From NCBI GenBank assembly GCA_964399775.1, contig CAYNSH010000008.1:1-61217 (forward strand): DNA of 61,217 nt. Reading direction: 5' to 3'. A program made the position numbers and the translations under genes. Numbering within the stretch: the stretch's first letter is position 1; each line of letters starts with the position of its first letter. The notes beneath the pieces were generated by a model. That model saw only the letters and a program-made list of their open reading frames with translations. It had not been told where the DNA came from and made no database searches. Shown piece by piece: positions 20,374 to 30,378 of the stretch. The DNA is from an uncultured Verrucomicrobiota bacterium. GTDB taxonomy: Bacteria; Verrucomicrobiota; Kiritimatiellia; CAIQIC01; Lenti-01.

Positions 20374-23300
20374 AGGCCCGTCAACTCCTTCCCCCATCTC
20401 TGCAATTGCGCCGCCTGGCTGGCGCTCAATTCGTCCCTGCGCGCCGCCAGCTTCTCGATCAACCCGACCGCCCTCTCCGGATTCGGCCCCGCCAGGTGCC
20501 ACTGCAGATCCACCCACTGAACCTTCAGATTGCCCGGCAGGCTTCGTTGCAGCCAATCGATGTGCGGGCGGGCTTCGTCCAGATGCCCCCGCTCCAGCAA
20601 GCGCTCCACCTGGAACAGCCGGAAGTCCGGATGGTAGGGCTGGCGGATCAAGGCTTCCTGCAGCAATTCCTCCGCCTCTTCCTGGCGGTGGTCATCACTG
20701 ACAATGCGCGCCAGGATAAACAGCACTTCCGGATAGCGTTTGTTGCTCAGCGCCGCTTTCAGCCGCTCCTCGGCCTGTCGCGGATCCTCGCGCTGGAGGT
20801 CCTGAATCGCCGACCGAATGGCTTGCAACGGATGACCGGCATCTTCTTCCAGCAACACCTTTCGGCTGGATTGAAACAACCGGGGGGTTTCCGTGATCTG
20901 AGCCAAGGCCAGCATCATTTCCCAGGCCAGGGTGCTGCGCGGTTCGAGTTCGACCGCCGCTTCAATCGCGACGCGGGCCGCGTCCCACTCGCCCTGGTTT
21001 AAATAGCCCCAGGCCAGGGCTAGATGCCATCCCATCCCCCCGTCATGCACATCCCGAAGACTTCGCAGGGCTTGCCTCTGCAAGGCCGAATTGGTTTCCG
21101 ACAGAAGGGCGATCGCCAACCAGGCCCGGGCATTGGAGGGATGGACCCGAACGACATATTGCAACACGCGCAGGGTCTCCTCCGTGCCATGCCGCAGCCA
21201 CGCCGCCATGATCTGGTCCACCGCCATCTGCTCGGGCGGCATCCCCTTGGCTTTCGCCACATTCAAGTAGGCCTCCGCCGCCACCGGATCGTTTTCCCAC
21301 AGCGAAAACCGCGCCAAGTCCTGAAGCGCCTCGAGGTCGCGATCATCGCGCGCCAGCCGCGAGTGCAGCGAGATCCGATCCGGGGGCGGGCCTCTTCCGG
21401 GCAAGTACAGCCAGCTCAGGACTAGGTCGCGCCGCAGCTCGTCGACCTCAAACCGGTAGGGTTCCCGCCGGGCGGCCGCCCGGCCATGCGGGTCGCCGGA
21501 AAGCGCCCACGCATGACCGGACTCCAGCCACGCACGCGCGTTCCACAAATATCCGTGGCGCTGCGAAAGCGCCCAACGGTCGGACCCCAGCAGGGCCAGG
21601 CATCCCGCCCACTGCTCTTCCACCTCTTCCAGATCGGGCCGATTGTGTGACCGGGCCAGATCCAGATCATTCATCAGGGCGGCCGCATTTTCCGGATCAA
21701 ACCGCCGGGCCGACGCGAACGCTTCCATGGCGCCGGCCTCATTTCCCGCCTCCATCAGCGCCACCCCCAGGTTATTGGCCACCGCGGCCGCCTGCTTGCA
21801 AATGTACTGGTGATGACGTCGCAACAAGCTGCCCTTGGGAAACGATTGCGAGGCGATCCGGCCCATCCATACCCAAAAGGGCCGTTGTGTCGCCAGGCGC
21901 CCTTCCAGCGAAATGTCGTCGGATCGAACCTCCAGGCGGTACAAAAAACCGTCGGGATCCAAATGGCTGAATTCCCGGAACAGATCGGTCATGTGCAGAA
22001 TGGCCACCTGCCTCAGCAATCCATCGTCCAGCAGCAGGTCGGAAACGAATTGGCTGACTTGCCCGCGCTGCAATAGGGCGGCGATGGGACTGTCGGGGAA
22101 GGCCTGGGCCAACTGGGAGAGATAGACGGGGGAGGACATTTGCATCACGTTGATCAGCAGCAGCGGCTGGCCCCGCTCGCGCGCCGCCAGCCGCAGCGAT
22201 TGCTCCAGCCCGCCGTGCGTGAACAGGATGTCCCGCCCCTGCATGCGGTCGAGCAATTCGAGGGATATCTCGTGCACCATTCGCCCCGGACGACCATCGG
22301 TGATCCCCAGGTTCTGGGCGGATCCCGCAAGAACAATGGCCGGTAGAACCAGCCCGGTGCCCGCGCAGAACCAGCGGTAGGCCCGCCGCAGCCAATGGGC
22401 ATCGGAGGCTGGCGCGACGCCGCCAATGATCCACATCTCCCCCCCCATGTACCCCATGCAGGTCGCCAGCAGCAGATGCGGCGTCAGCATCAGGTTGTCC
22501 ATTCCCAGGAAATTCCAGAACGCAAACGGGGCGTTGTACAGAATCGCCAGCAGCCCGACCATGAATACATGGCGCACGATGATCTGGTCCAATTCGTAGT
22601 ACCAGGGCGAGCGGCGCGAGAGCGGGAAAATCAACAGCCAAGGCACCGTTGCGAAAAACAGGATCGCCACAAAACCGGCATTGAGGCGGATCTGATAGAA
22701 GTGCGTCATCTGGACCCCGAGCATGTCCAGCCAGGCCACCCAGAGGGAACCCTCGGTGGCCGACCATCGCAGCAGGGCCAGTTGCAGTGGATATAGCCCC
22801 AGGCCCAGCAGCCAGCCCGACCCGAATATGGCATAGGGCCGCCAGCGTCCGATGACGCCTTGGCGCATCCATTCGCGCAGCAACAGCACGATTGCCACTG
22901 GCAGGTAGAGCACGAACGTCGAGGACACCGACATCCCACCGCCATACAGCAACCCCAACAGGCCTAATCGCCAAAGCGAACCCGTGCGCTGATACTCAGA
23001 AAACAGGCAGGCCGCCAGCAGCAGCAGCAGCAAATACAACGTGGCCGGCAGCGAACGGGTTGACGCCACCCAGAAGGGAATGCACCCGCCCAGGTACAAC
23101 CCGGCGATCAGGCTGGAGATCCGCCGGGCCTGGGCCTCGCGGCGGATTCGATCCGGCGACTGGTCGACCGTCAGCCCCAGGAAGTGAACCCGCTGCATCA
23201 GCCAGGCCGTCAATCCCACGCACGCCGCTCCGCAGATCGCACTCAGCCAGGCCGCGGATGTCGCCACCGGCACCCCGCGCAGCCGGTCCAGGCGGCGAAT

Positions 23301-23498
23301 CATCCATCCCCACACAAGATCCATGCCGGGCCAGCTTCCCTCCAGTCCCAGATGCTGCGCCAGCGTCTCAGCCGGCAACCCCGGGAACGGCGTACGGCTC
23401 AAGGTCAGCCCATAGACCCCCAGGGAAAGGAAAAACAATCCAACGCCAATCCAGGATCGACGGGGGGCGGAAAGCTCAACCGGATCCGACACGATCAT
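20370..23498 (-). CDS. Multi-pass membrane protein (DUF2723/GT-C-like N-terminus) with C-terminal TPRs, paralogue B
   Basis: Colinear with its neighbours: TLSRTPFPG, REAQARR, STRSLP, FSEYQRTG, DGRPG, VANNLG, WALSG. Confidence 0.8.
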   Translation of the reverse strand: MIVSDPVELSAPRRSWIGVGLFFLSLGVYGLTLSRTPFPGLPAETLAQHLGLEGSWPGMDLVWGWMIRRLDRLRGVPVATSAAWLSAICGAACVGLTAWLMQRVHFLGLTVDQSPDRIRREAQARRISSLIAGLYLGGCIPFWVASTRSLPATLYLLLLLLAACLFSEYQRTGSLWRLGLLGLLYGGGMSVSSTFVLYLPVAIVLLLREWMRQGVIGRWRPYAIFGSGWLLGLGLYPLQLALLRWSATEGSLWVAWLDMLGVQMTHFYQIRLNAGFVAILFFATVPWLLIFPLSRRSPWYYELDQIIVRHVFMVGLLAILYNAPFAFWNFLGMDNLMLTPHLLLATCMGYMGGEMWIIGGVAPASDAHWLRRAYRWFCAGTGLVLPAIVLAGSAQNLGITDGRPGRMVHEISLELLDRMQGRDILFTHGGLEQSLRLAARERGQPLLLINVMQMSSPVYLSQLAQAFPDSPIAALLQRGQVSQFVSDLLLDDGLLRQVAILHMTDLFREFSHLDPDGFLYRLEVRSDDISLEGRLATQRPFWVWMGRIASQSFPKGSLLRRHHQYICKQAAAVANNLGVALMEAGNEAGAMEAFASARRFDPENAAALMNDLDLARSHNRPDLEEVEEQWAGCLALLGSDRWALSQRHGYLWNARAWLESGHAWALSGDPHGRAAARREPYRFEVDELRRDLVLSWLYLPGRGPPPDRISLHSRLARDDRDLEALQDLARFSLWENDPVAAEAYLNVAKAKGMPPEQMAVDQIMAAWLRHGTEETLRVLQYVVRVHPSNARAWLAIALLSETNSALQRQALRSLRDVHDGGMGWHLALAWGYLNQGEWDAARVAIEAAVELEPRSTLAWEMMLALAQITETPRLFQSSRKVLLEEDAGHPLQAIRSAIQDLQREDPRQAEERLKAALSNKRYPEVLFILARIVSDDHRQEEAEELLQEALIRQPYHPDFRLFQVERLLERGHLDEARPHIDWLQRSLPGNLKVQWVDLQWHLAGPNPERAVGLIEKLAARRDELSASQAAQLQRWGKELTGL

Positions 23499-23561
23499 GG
23501 CCTGCCCGATCCCTCCGACGGGTGGCGCAACGCATGGCCACGGGGTGGGATCATGTCCCGC

Positions 23562-26500
23562 CTATCGCAGGTCGCCCAGCAAAGCCTGCCATGTCTTCTG
23601 TTGGTCCGGCTCCAATTCCCCCAGGCGATCCTCCAGGGATTCCACCAATTCCAGGGCGGCCTGCGACTGGCCCCGGGCGGCATAGATCCGCGCCGCCAGC
23701 AAGATCATCTGCGCATGGTCGGGCATCGCCGCCAGCGCCTGTTGGAGGTCCTGCTCCGCCTCGTCCAAACGGCCTTCCATCAGGTAGAGTTCCGCTCGGG
23801 TTCCCAGGAGCACCGGGTGGTCGGGCTGGAGCGAGACCGCCTCTTCGATCAACGCCCGCGCTTCCTCCAGCGCGACCCCCCGCATCATCAGTAGATAGGC
23901 CAAATCGTTCAGCACGATCGGATCCCGCCGCGACGCCAGGGCGGCACGATACGAGGATTCCGCCAGCGAAAGCTGGCCACGCGCATATTGGAACGAGCCC
24001 AAGAGCAGGTTGCCGGTGTAGTTCTCCGGATCCAGCGTCAGCAGCAGGCGCACGTGATCCTCGGCCAACTCCCGCTTGCGTTCTTCATAATCCACCTGGA
24101 CCAGCATTTCCCAGGCGCGAATCAGGCGCGGGTTCATGCGCAGCACCTGTTCGATCTCCGCCCGGGCCGCGGGAAACTCCCGCCGTCCCATGTGAAAATG
24201 GGCCAGCAGCAACCGGACGTCCGGCGAGGCCCCGCGCAGGCTTTGCAGGGCCTTCAGCGCGCGCTCATGCGTCTCCCGGTTCGGGTGGTCGGCCGTCAGC
24301 ATCGCCAGCAGCGCCCAGGCCCGCGTATGCTCGCGATCTTCCGCAACCAATTCCTCCAGCCGTGTGATCGCGGTATCGGGCTTGCCCCGCAAATACGCCA
24401 GGATGGCCCGCTCAAACCGCAACTGCCCCGGCGGAACGCCCGCTTCCTCCATTCGGGCCAGCAGCCGCTCCGCCTCCGCATAGGCTTCCGCCCGCAGGGC
24501 CAATTGCACCATCATCATCATCGCCCGAACGTCGTTGGGATCCTCCTGCAAAATTTCCCGGTAGTATCCGGCGCTGCGACGCATTTCGCCGCCTTCCAGG
24601 AAGGCCCGTGCCAGAAAACTCTTCACCCGGGCATCCACCGGCACCCCGCCCGCGGCCCGCTGCAATTCCGCCTCCGCCATCCGCGGCTTCCCGGACACCG
24701 CCCACATCAACCCGTGCCGAACCAGGAATCCCGTGTTGTGGACGTATCCGTACAGCGAACCCAGCGACCACATCACCCGGGTGTCGACCTGGCGAGATTT
24801 GAACGCCTCCCACTCCGCGCGGTAGGTTTCCACCTCCGGACTCTCCGCCAACTCGGCCAGCGTCAGCAAGTTCAAGAGCGCGCTGATGTTCTCGGGGAAC
24901 ATGCGACGCGCCTCATGGAACAAGGGTTCCGCCAACTCCGTTTTCCCCCGCTCCACCATGGCAAATCCCAGGTTGTTGGCCACCTTGGAAGCCAGCCGCA
25001 GCGCAAACACCAGATACGGCTGGGCCAGGTTGTGGGAGCTGGGCAGGCGATCCGACAATTCGGCCATCTGTTGCCAAAACGCCTGCTGGGATTGCGCCAG
25101 GCCAGGCAAATCCACCCGATCCATGGAGGGCTCCACTCGGAATAACAGCCGATCCGGCACCAAATACCCGTATTCCCGCAGCGGATCCGCCAACTCCACG
25201 GCGGCCACTCGTCGCAGCCCTTCCTCGGTCGCCAGGAAATCCTGAAGAAACGCACTGAACCCCACCTGCAACAGCGCCTGCTGGCGAGGCTGGGTAAACT
25301 GGGTGGATAGATAATCCCGATAGATGCCTGCCGAGGCCAGCGGGACCGTCACGACCGTCAGGGGAACCCCTTCCTCATGCGCCAAGAGCCGCAGGGAATC
25401 ATCCATCGCCCCGCTGGAAATGACGACATCGCGGCCGTCCAGCGACTCCAGCGCCTCCCGGACCAGACCATTGAATACCGTCCCCGGACGGCCATCCGCC
25501 ACCCGCAGATTGAGAGCTCCGGCCACCAGCACCGCCACCGGCATCAACAGGCCCACCAGACCCAAGGTGCTCCGCAGCGGCTGCCCGACGCCCGCCTTGC
25601 GGTGTTCGCGCACCTGCCCCATCACCCAGAGCTCGCCCACCACATGCCCCGTGCAGGCCGCCAGAATCAGATACGGCGTCGCCATCAGATAGTACATTTC
25701 GAAAAAGCGCCAAGGCGACCCCGGGGCATTGAACAAGACGCCCACCCCGACCGCCAGCACCAGCAACCGCAGCAACACCTGCCACGAGCTGAAACGCCAC
25801 GGCGGCTTCTTCGGGCGGATGATATACAGCATCGTCCACGGAGCAACCGTCAGCACCATCACGAGGAGGAAACCCGCGGTCTGCGGCGCATGCACAATCA
25901 AATGCCACTGATCCCGCCAGATGAACCAAATCACTGACCAGACCGAATTAAACCCGCGCAACCGAACCGCCGCATCCGACCATAGCGTCCAGCCGTTCCA
26001 CAGATACATCAACAGGCCCGGCAGCATGCACAGGGCCATGCGCACCAGCACCGCCCAGCGGAAGGCCGCCCGCTGCAGCATCGCGCGCGCCACCAGCAAC
26101 ACCGCCAGCGGTGCAAAGATCCAGAACGTCGGGAACTCCGCCACGCCCACCCCATAGAGTACCCCCAGGGCATACAACAGACCGGTCCGGCCCGTGCGCT
26201 GATACTCTGAAAACAAAAAGGCCGCCAGCAGCAGCAGCAGCAAATGAAACGCCCCCGGCAGGGAACGGGTCGACAAGATCCAGACGGGGATGTTCACCGC
26301 CGTGAACAGTCCCGCCGTCAGCCCGGCCAACAGGCGGGCCTGGTGTTCCCGTCCGGTCTCATCCGGATCGTGGCGGTCATGCAGCGGATAGCGAACGCGC
26401 ATCGTCAGCACCGCGACCAGGGCGGCGCAGGCCGCGCCGCAGGCCGCACTGAACAGGCCGGCCCACAACGCCGTGGTGCCCCACGGCAGCCGGTCGAACA

Positions 26501-26699
26501 CCCGAATCAGCCGCCCCCAGAGCGAATCCAGCAGCGTCGGCGCCGAATCCAACCCAAGATGCCAGGCCAGGCTGCGCGCCGGCAACCCGGGAAACGCTCC
26601 CCGGCTCATCGTCGCCACATACAACCCCAACACTCCCGCCCCTAGCAGGACAATCATCATCCGCCGGCTGCGCCGCGTGGTCAGTACCTTCTCATGCAT
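23562..26699 (-). CDS. Multi-pass membrane protein (DUF2723/GT-C-like N-terminus) with C-terminal TPRs, paralogue A
   Basis: TMSRGAFPG, REHQARL, STRSLP, FSEYQRTG, DGRPG, VANNLG, PENISALLN, several well-formed TPRs. Confidence 0.85.
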   Translation of the reverse strand: MHEKVLTTRRSRRMMIVLLGAGVLGLYVATMSRGAFPGLPARSLAWHLGLDSAPTLLDSLWGRLIRVFDRLPWGTTALWAGLFSAACGAACAALVAVLTMRVRYPLHDRHDPDETGREHQARLLAGLTAGLFTAVNIPVWILSTRSLPGAFHLLLLLLAAFLFSEYQRTGRTGLLYALGVLYGVGVAEFPTFWIFAPLAVLLVARAMLQRAAFRWAVLVRMALCMLPGLLMYLWNGWTLWSDAAVRLRGFNSVWSVIWFIWRDQWHLIVHAPQTAGFLLVMVLTVAPWTMLYIIRPKKPPWRFSSWQVLLRLLVLAVGVGVLFNAPGSPWRFFEMYYLMATPYLILAACTGHVVGELWVMGQVREHRKAGVGQPLRSTLGLVGLLMPVAVLVAGALNLRVADGRPGTVFNGLVREALESLDGRDVVISSGAMDDSLRLLAHEEGVPLTVVTVPLASAGIYRDYLSTQFTQPRQQALLQVGFSAFLQDFLATEEGLRRVAAVELADPLREYGYLVPDRLLFRVEPSMDRVDLPGLAQSQQAFWQQMAELSDRLPSSHNLAQPYLVFALRLASKVANNLGFAMVERGKTELAEPLFHEARRMFPENISALLNLLTLAELAESPEVETYRAEWEAFKSRQVDTRVMWSLGSLYGYVHNTGFLVRHGLMWAVSGKPRMAEAELQRAAGGVPVDARVKSFLARAFLEGGEMRRSAGYYREILQEDPNDVRAMMMMVQLALRAEAYAEAERLLARMEEAGVPPGQLRFERAILAYLRGKPDTAITRLEELVAEDREHTRAWALLAMLTADHPNRETHERALKALQSLRGASPDVRLLLAHFHMGRREFPAARAEIEQVLRMNPRLIRAWEMLVQVDYEERKRELAEDHVRLLLTLDPENYTGNLLLGSFQYARGQLSLAESSYRAALASRRDPIVLNDLAYLLMMRGVALEEARALIEEAVSLQPDHPVLLGTRAELYLMEGRLDEAEQDLQQALAAMPDHAQMILLAARIYAARGQSQAALELVESLEDRLGELEPDQQKTWQALLGDLR

Positions 26700-26846
26700 A
26701 CATCATTTCTCCAAACTCGTGGCCCCGTACCCTATCGGACTCCCCCCCCAAAGGCACGAAGAAAAACACTTCCAAACAATTCCAACCGCCTCGTGGACAA
26801 AGTGCGCCACGCCGTTGTCGCGTGAAGAGGAATTCGCCCGAAGGAA

Positions 26847-26920
<74 letters not shown>

Positions 26921-26934
26921 GCAGAATGGGGCGC

Positions 26935-26963
26935 ATAGTGCATGACCGCTCTTCTCGGGTCAA
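26935..26963 (-). promoter_or_regulatory. Putative sigma70 promoter of tRNA-Gly
   Basis: TTGACC-N17-CACTAT on the minus strand, 14 bp upstream of the tRNA 5' end. Confidence 0.6.
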
Positions 26964-27068
26964 GTTCGGGTTTTGGCCAGGTCCGCCTGTTGACGGTCGT
27001 ACTCCCGCTGGCGATAGGGCTCGGGTTTGGATTTGTGTGTTGGCCGTCGACGGGCTAGTATCGCGGCC

Positions 27069-28466
27069 ATGAAGACCACTCCGCCTTCCACTCGCATCGA
27101 ACGGGATTCCATGGGCGCTTGCAACGTGCCGGCCCATGCGCTCTACGGGGCTCAAACCTCCCGGTCCATCGAAAATTTCCGCCTCTCGGGAACGCCGCTG
27201 CCCATCGAGATCATCCACGGCATGGCGCTTCTGAAGCTGGCCTGCGCGCGCGCGAATGCCGCTCTGGGCCTGCTGCCGGACGAGAAAGCCGGCGCCATTG
27301 CCGACGCCTGCCGGGCCGTACTGTCCGGTCAACACGACCAGGAATTCCCGGTCGACCTCTACCAGGCCGGATCGGGAACATCGTCCCACATGAATTTGAA
27401 CGAAGTGCTGGCCAATCTGTCCAATGAATCGCTGGGCGAAAGTCGCGGTTCCAAAGCGCCGGTTCACCCGAATGACGATGTCAACATGGGCCAATCCACG
27501 AACAATGTGTTCCCCTCCGGGGCCAAGATTGCGCTGTTGGGCCAGTCGCGTTTGCTCGTCGATGCCCTTGCTGCGCTCGAAAAAGCCCTGTCCGGCAAGG
27601 CGACCGAATTTGCATCCGTGCTGAAAAGCGGACGAACCCACCTTCAGGATGCCGTCCCCATCACCCTGGGCCAGGAGTTCGGGGCGTATGCGCATGCCGT
27701 TCACCTCGCCGCCGCACGCATTTCCGATGCCGGCGAGCGACTGAAGGAACTTGGCGTTGGCGGGAACGCCATCGGAACGGGCATCAATACCGCGCCCGCT
27801 TTTCGCGAACAAATTATCCAGGCCCTGAACGAGGAAACCCTGGGCGACTTCCGGCCGGCCCAGAATGGCATCTACCTGACTCAATTCCTGACCGATATCG
27901 CCCATGTGTCGGCCGCCATTCGCCACGCGGCGCTCGATCTGCAGCAAATCGCGAATAATCTGCGGTTGCTCTCTTCCGGGCCCCGCACCGGCCTGGGAGA
28001 AATCCGCCTGCCGGCGGTCGAACCGGGATCGAGCATCATGCCCGGAAAGATCAATCCGTCGATCTGCGAGGCGGTCAACATGGTTTGCCTGCAGGTGCAG
28101 GGGCTCGACCATGCCACCGCGTTGGCCTGCGGGGCCGGCCAGTTGGAATTGAATACGCACATGCCCCTGATCGGCGCCAATCCCTTGCAAGCGGCCAAGC
28201 TGTTGTCGGCCGCGGCGCGCGCCTTGGCCGAGAAATGCGTCGTAGGCATCACGGCCGATGAAGAAACCTGCCGGCGGAATCTAGAGCGGAGCGCCGGACT
28301 TCCCACTCTGTTGAACCCGCGCTTGGGGTACGACCGCGTGGCCGAATTGGTGAAAGAATCAGTGGCCAGCGGCAAGACCCTGCGCGAGCTGGCGCTGAGT
28401 CAAGGACTGCTGACCGAAGTGGAATATGAAGCCCTGCTGGCTTCCTCGACCGCTCCGAATCTGTGA
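27069..28466 (+). CDS. Class II fumarate hydratase / aspartate ammonia-lyase family lyase
   Basis: RIERDSMG, YGAQT, QAGSGTSSHMNLNEV, HPNDDVNMGQSTN, GRTHLQDAVP, GSSIMPGKINP. FumC versus AspA cannot be resolved by eye. Confidence 0.9.
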   Translation: MKTTPPSTRIERDSMGACNVPAHALYGAQTSRSIENFRLSGTPLPIEIIHGMALLKLACARANAALGLLPDEKAGAIADACRAVLSGQHDQEFPVDLYQAGSGTSSHMNLNEVLANLSNESLGESRGSKAPVHPNDDVNMGQSTNNVFPSGAKIALLGQSRLLVDALAALEKALSGKATEFASVLKSGRTHLQDAVPITLGQEFGAYAHAVHLAAARISDAGERLKELGVGGNAIGTGINTAPAFREQIIQALNEETLGDFRPAQNGIYLTQFLTDIAHVSAAIRHAALDLQQIANNLRLLSSGPRTGLGEIRLPAVEPGSSIMPGKINPSICEAVNMVCLQVQGLDHATALACGAGQLELNTHMPLIGANPLQAAKLLSAAARALAEKCVVGITADEETCRRNLERSAGLPTLLNPRLGYDRVAELVKESVASGKTLRELALSQGLLTEVEYEALLASSTAPNL

Positions 28467-29527
28467 GCCGGACCAAGGCCAACTCGGAGTTGAACGGGTT
28501 TTGCGACGCCCCCGTGGAGGCCAGCGGGCTGCCCCCGCGAATCCTTTCGGCCCTGCGTTCTGCCGGAATCACCACCCTGGGCGACCTTCGGCTAGCGCCG
28601 CTTCCGTTCCATCGGCTGGATGCGGAAGACCGCACATTGCTGAAGCGCGTGGCCGGGTGGTATGAGCAGTCAACCCGTGAACAACCGGAAGCGCTGAATG
28701 TCCATTCCTGGCTGAGACTGTTTCTGCCCTCGCGCCTGAGCGATGCCTTGAATCTCCACTTCGGCCTTCAAGAGCCGGCGGAGTCCATCGGACTGCACGA
28801 GGGCCCGTTGCGCGAAACCGGATTCAAGCTGGGCGTCAGTCGTGAGCGCGCCCGGCAACTCCTGGATCTGGCGTTCCATGCGCTGCGCCAGCCCCTGCCT
28901 CTGCACGCCGTTGAACCGGTGTTCCAGGCTGCCGAGTCGGAACTGCGATCCGCGGGTGGCGTCCTGGACGCCTCCACCCTGGCCAAACGCCACCATCCGA
29001 CGTGGAAGGACGCATCGCCGGTCGGCGTCTTTATGCTGCTGGTTCGCCTGCGGCCAGATCGCATCGTCCTCTATCGCGGGTTCTTCAGCCTGCTGGGAGA
29101 TATTGAAATCGATCGGGTGGAAAAGGCCATGCGCGACCTGCTCCAACCGGACCGTGGACTTCAACCCATCGCGGACCTGTCCGTTCAACTGCCCCAGCCG
29201 GCGCGCCCCCCTCGTCTGCCATCGGCCGAACCCCTGTTGTTGGCCTTGCTTCGCCACATGCCGGATACCCTGGCCACGCGGGATGGACGGGCCGGCATTC
29301 TGGCCCGCGATGGCATCGAGGTGCTCTGTGAAGTGCTGGCGGATACCGGGGAACGGCCCCTGCGCACCCTTGTGGATGGCTTCAACCGCCGGGTCTACCC
29401 CGAATGCCGGCGCGGCAGCGGCACCATTCGCGAGATGCTGGATCGCGATCCGCGCATCCGGAAAACCGCTCCGGGCCGATACGCCCTGCCCGGGGGGCTT
29501 CAATCCACTCTGCCCCTATCGCCATGA
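28463..29527 (+). CDS. Putative DNA-binding protein with an RNAP alphaCTD-like HhH and a sigma70 region-4-like HTH
   Basis: LPPRILSALRSAGITTLGDL resembles alphaCTD. LHFGL...LRETGFKLGVSRERARQL resembles sigma4. 4-bp overlaps with both neighbours. Confidence 0.7.
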   Translation: MSRTKANSELNGFCDAPVEASGLPPRILSALRSAGITTLGDLRLAPLPFHRLDAEDRTLLKRVAGWYEQSTREQPEALNVHSWLRLFLPSRLSDALNLHFGLQEPAESIGLHEGPLRETGFKLGVSRERARQLLDLAFHALRQPLPLHAVEPVFQAAESELRSAGGVLDASTLAKRHHPTWKDASPVGVFMLLVRLRPDRIVLYRGFFSLLGDIEIDRVEKAMRDLLQPDRGLQPIADLSVQLPQPARPPRLPSAEPLLLALLRHMPDTLATRDGRAGILARDGIEVLCEVLADTGERPLRTLVDGFNRRVYPECRRGSGTIREMLDRDPRIRKTAPGRYALPGGLQSTLPLSP

Positions 29528-30312
29528 ATGCGCCGGTCCTGCGGATCACTTTTCTCGGAACGGGTACATCCTACGGCATTCCAATGGCCGGGTGCGATTG
29601 CCCGGTATGCCGCTCCCCGGATCCCCGCGATCGGCGCTTCCGCACCGCTATCCTGGTGGAGGCCGGTTCGACCACGTTGTTGATCGATACTCCTCCGGAC
29701 TTGCGGACCCAATGCCTAAACCACGATATCCGGCACATCAATGGCGTGCTGATGACGCATGATCACGCCGATCATATCTTCGGGTTTGACGACCTGCGAG
29801 CCTATACCAACCGGATGGAACATCCCATGCCGGTCTGGGCATCTCCGGGAACCGTGCAGACGCTTCGACGCATTTTCAGTTACCTGGACCAGCCCCCCGT
29901 CCCCGGCACCTCCTTGGCGCGGATTCAACTGCAGACGGCCCCAGGGCCGTTTGACATCCACGGGATGCGGCTGACCCCGCTTCCAGCAGAACACGGACGG
30001 GCGGATATGATCGGATGGAAAATCGAACACCAAGATCGATCGTTTGTCGCCATCCCGGACTGCAAGTCCCTGCCGCCGGCCACGATGGAGATGTGCCGCG
30101 GAGCGGATCTGGCCGTGGTGGATGCCCTGAGAATCCGCCCCCACCCAACCCACATGAATCTCGCCGAGGCCGCGGAGGTTCTGCTGGCCATGCAAGCCAG
30201 GAAATCGCTGGTCATTCACCTGTGCCATGAAGTGTCGCATGCCCAGGCGGATCAATGGCTCCCCGACGGTATTTCTCCCGCCTATGATGGCTTGCAGATC
30301 AACCTCTGGTGA
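29524..30312 (+). CDS. MBL-fold metallo-hydrolase (PhnP/YycJ-like phosphodiesterase)
   Basis: FLGTGTSYGIP..GCDCPVC, LIDTPPD, THDHADHIFG, HPTH, IHLCH, AYDG. Confidence 0.9.
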   Translation: MNAPVLRITFLGTGTSYGIPMAGCDCPVCRSPDPRDRRFRTAILVEAGSTTLLIDTPPDLRTQCLNHDIRHINGVLMTHDHADHIFGFDDLRAYTNRMEHPMPVWASPGTVQTLRRIFSYLDQPPVPGTSLARIQLQTAPGPFDIHGMRLTPLPAEHGRADMIGWKIEHQDRSFVAIPDCKSLPPATMEMCRGADLAVVDALRIRPHPTHMNLAEAAEVLLAMQARKSLVIHLCHEVSHAQADQWLPDGISPAYDGLQINLW

Positions 30313-30378
30313 GCCTCCTTCTTGATCGTCCCGTTCTGGGCACTTGAAAGGCCGAAGCATGTGCGCTACGCTTCGGGC

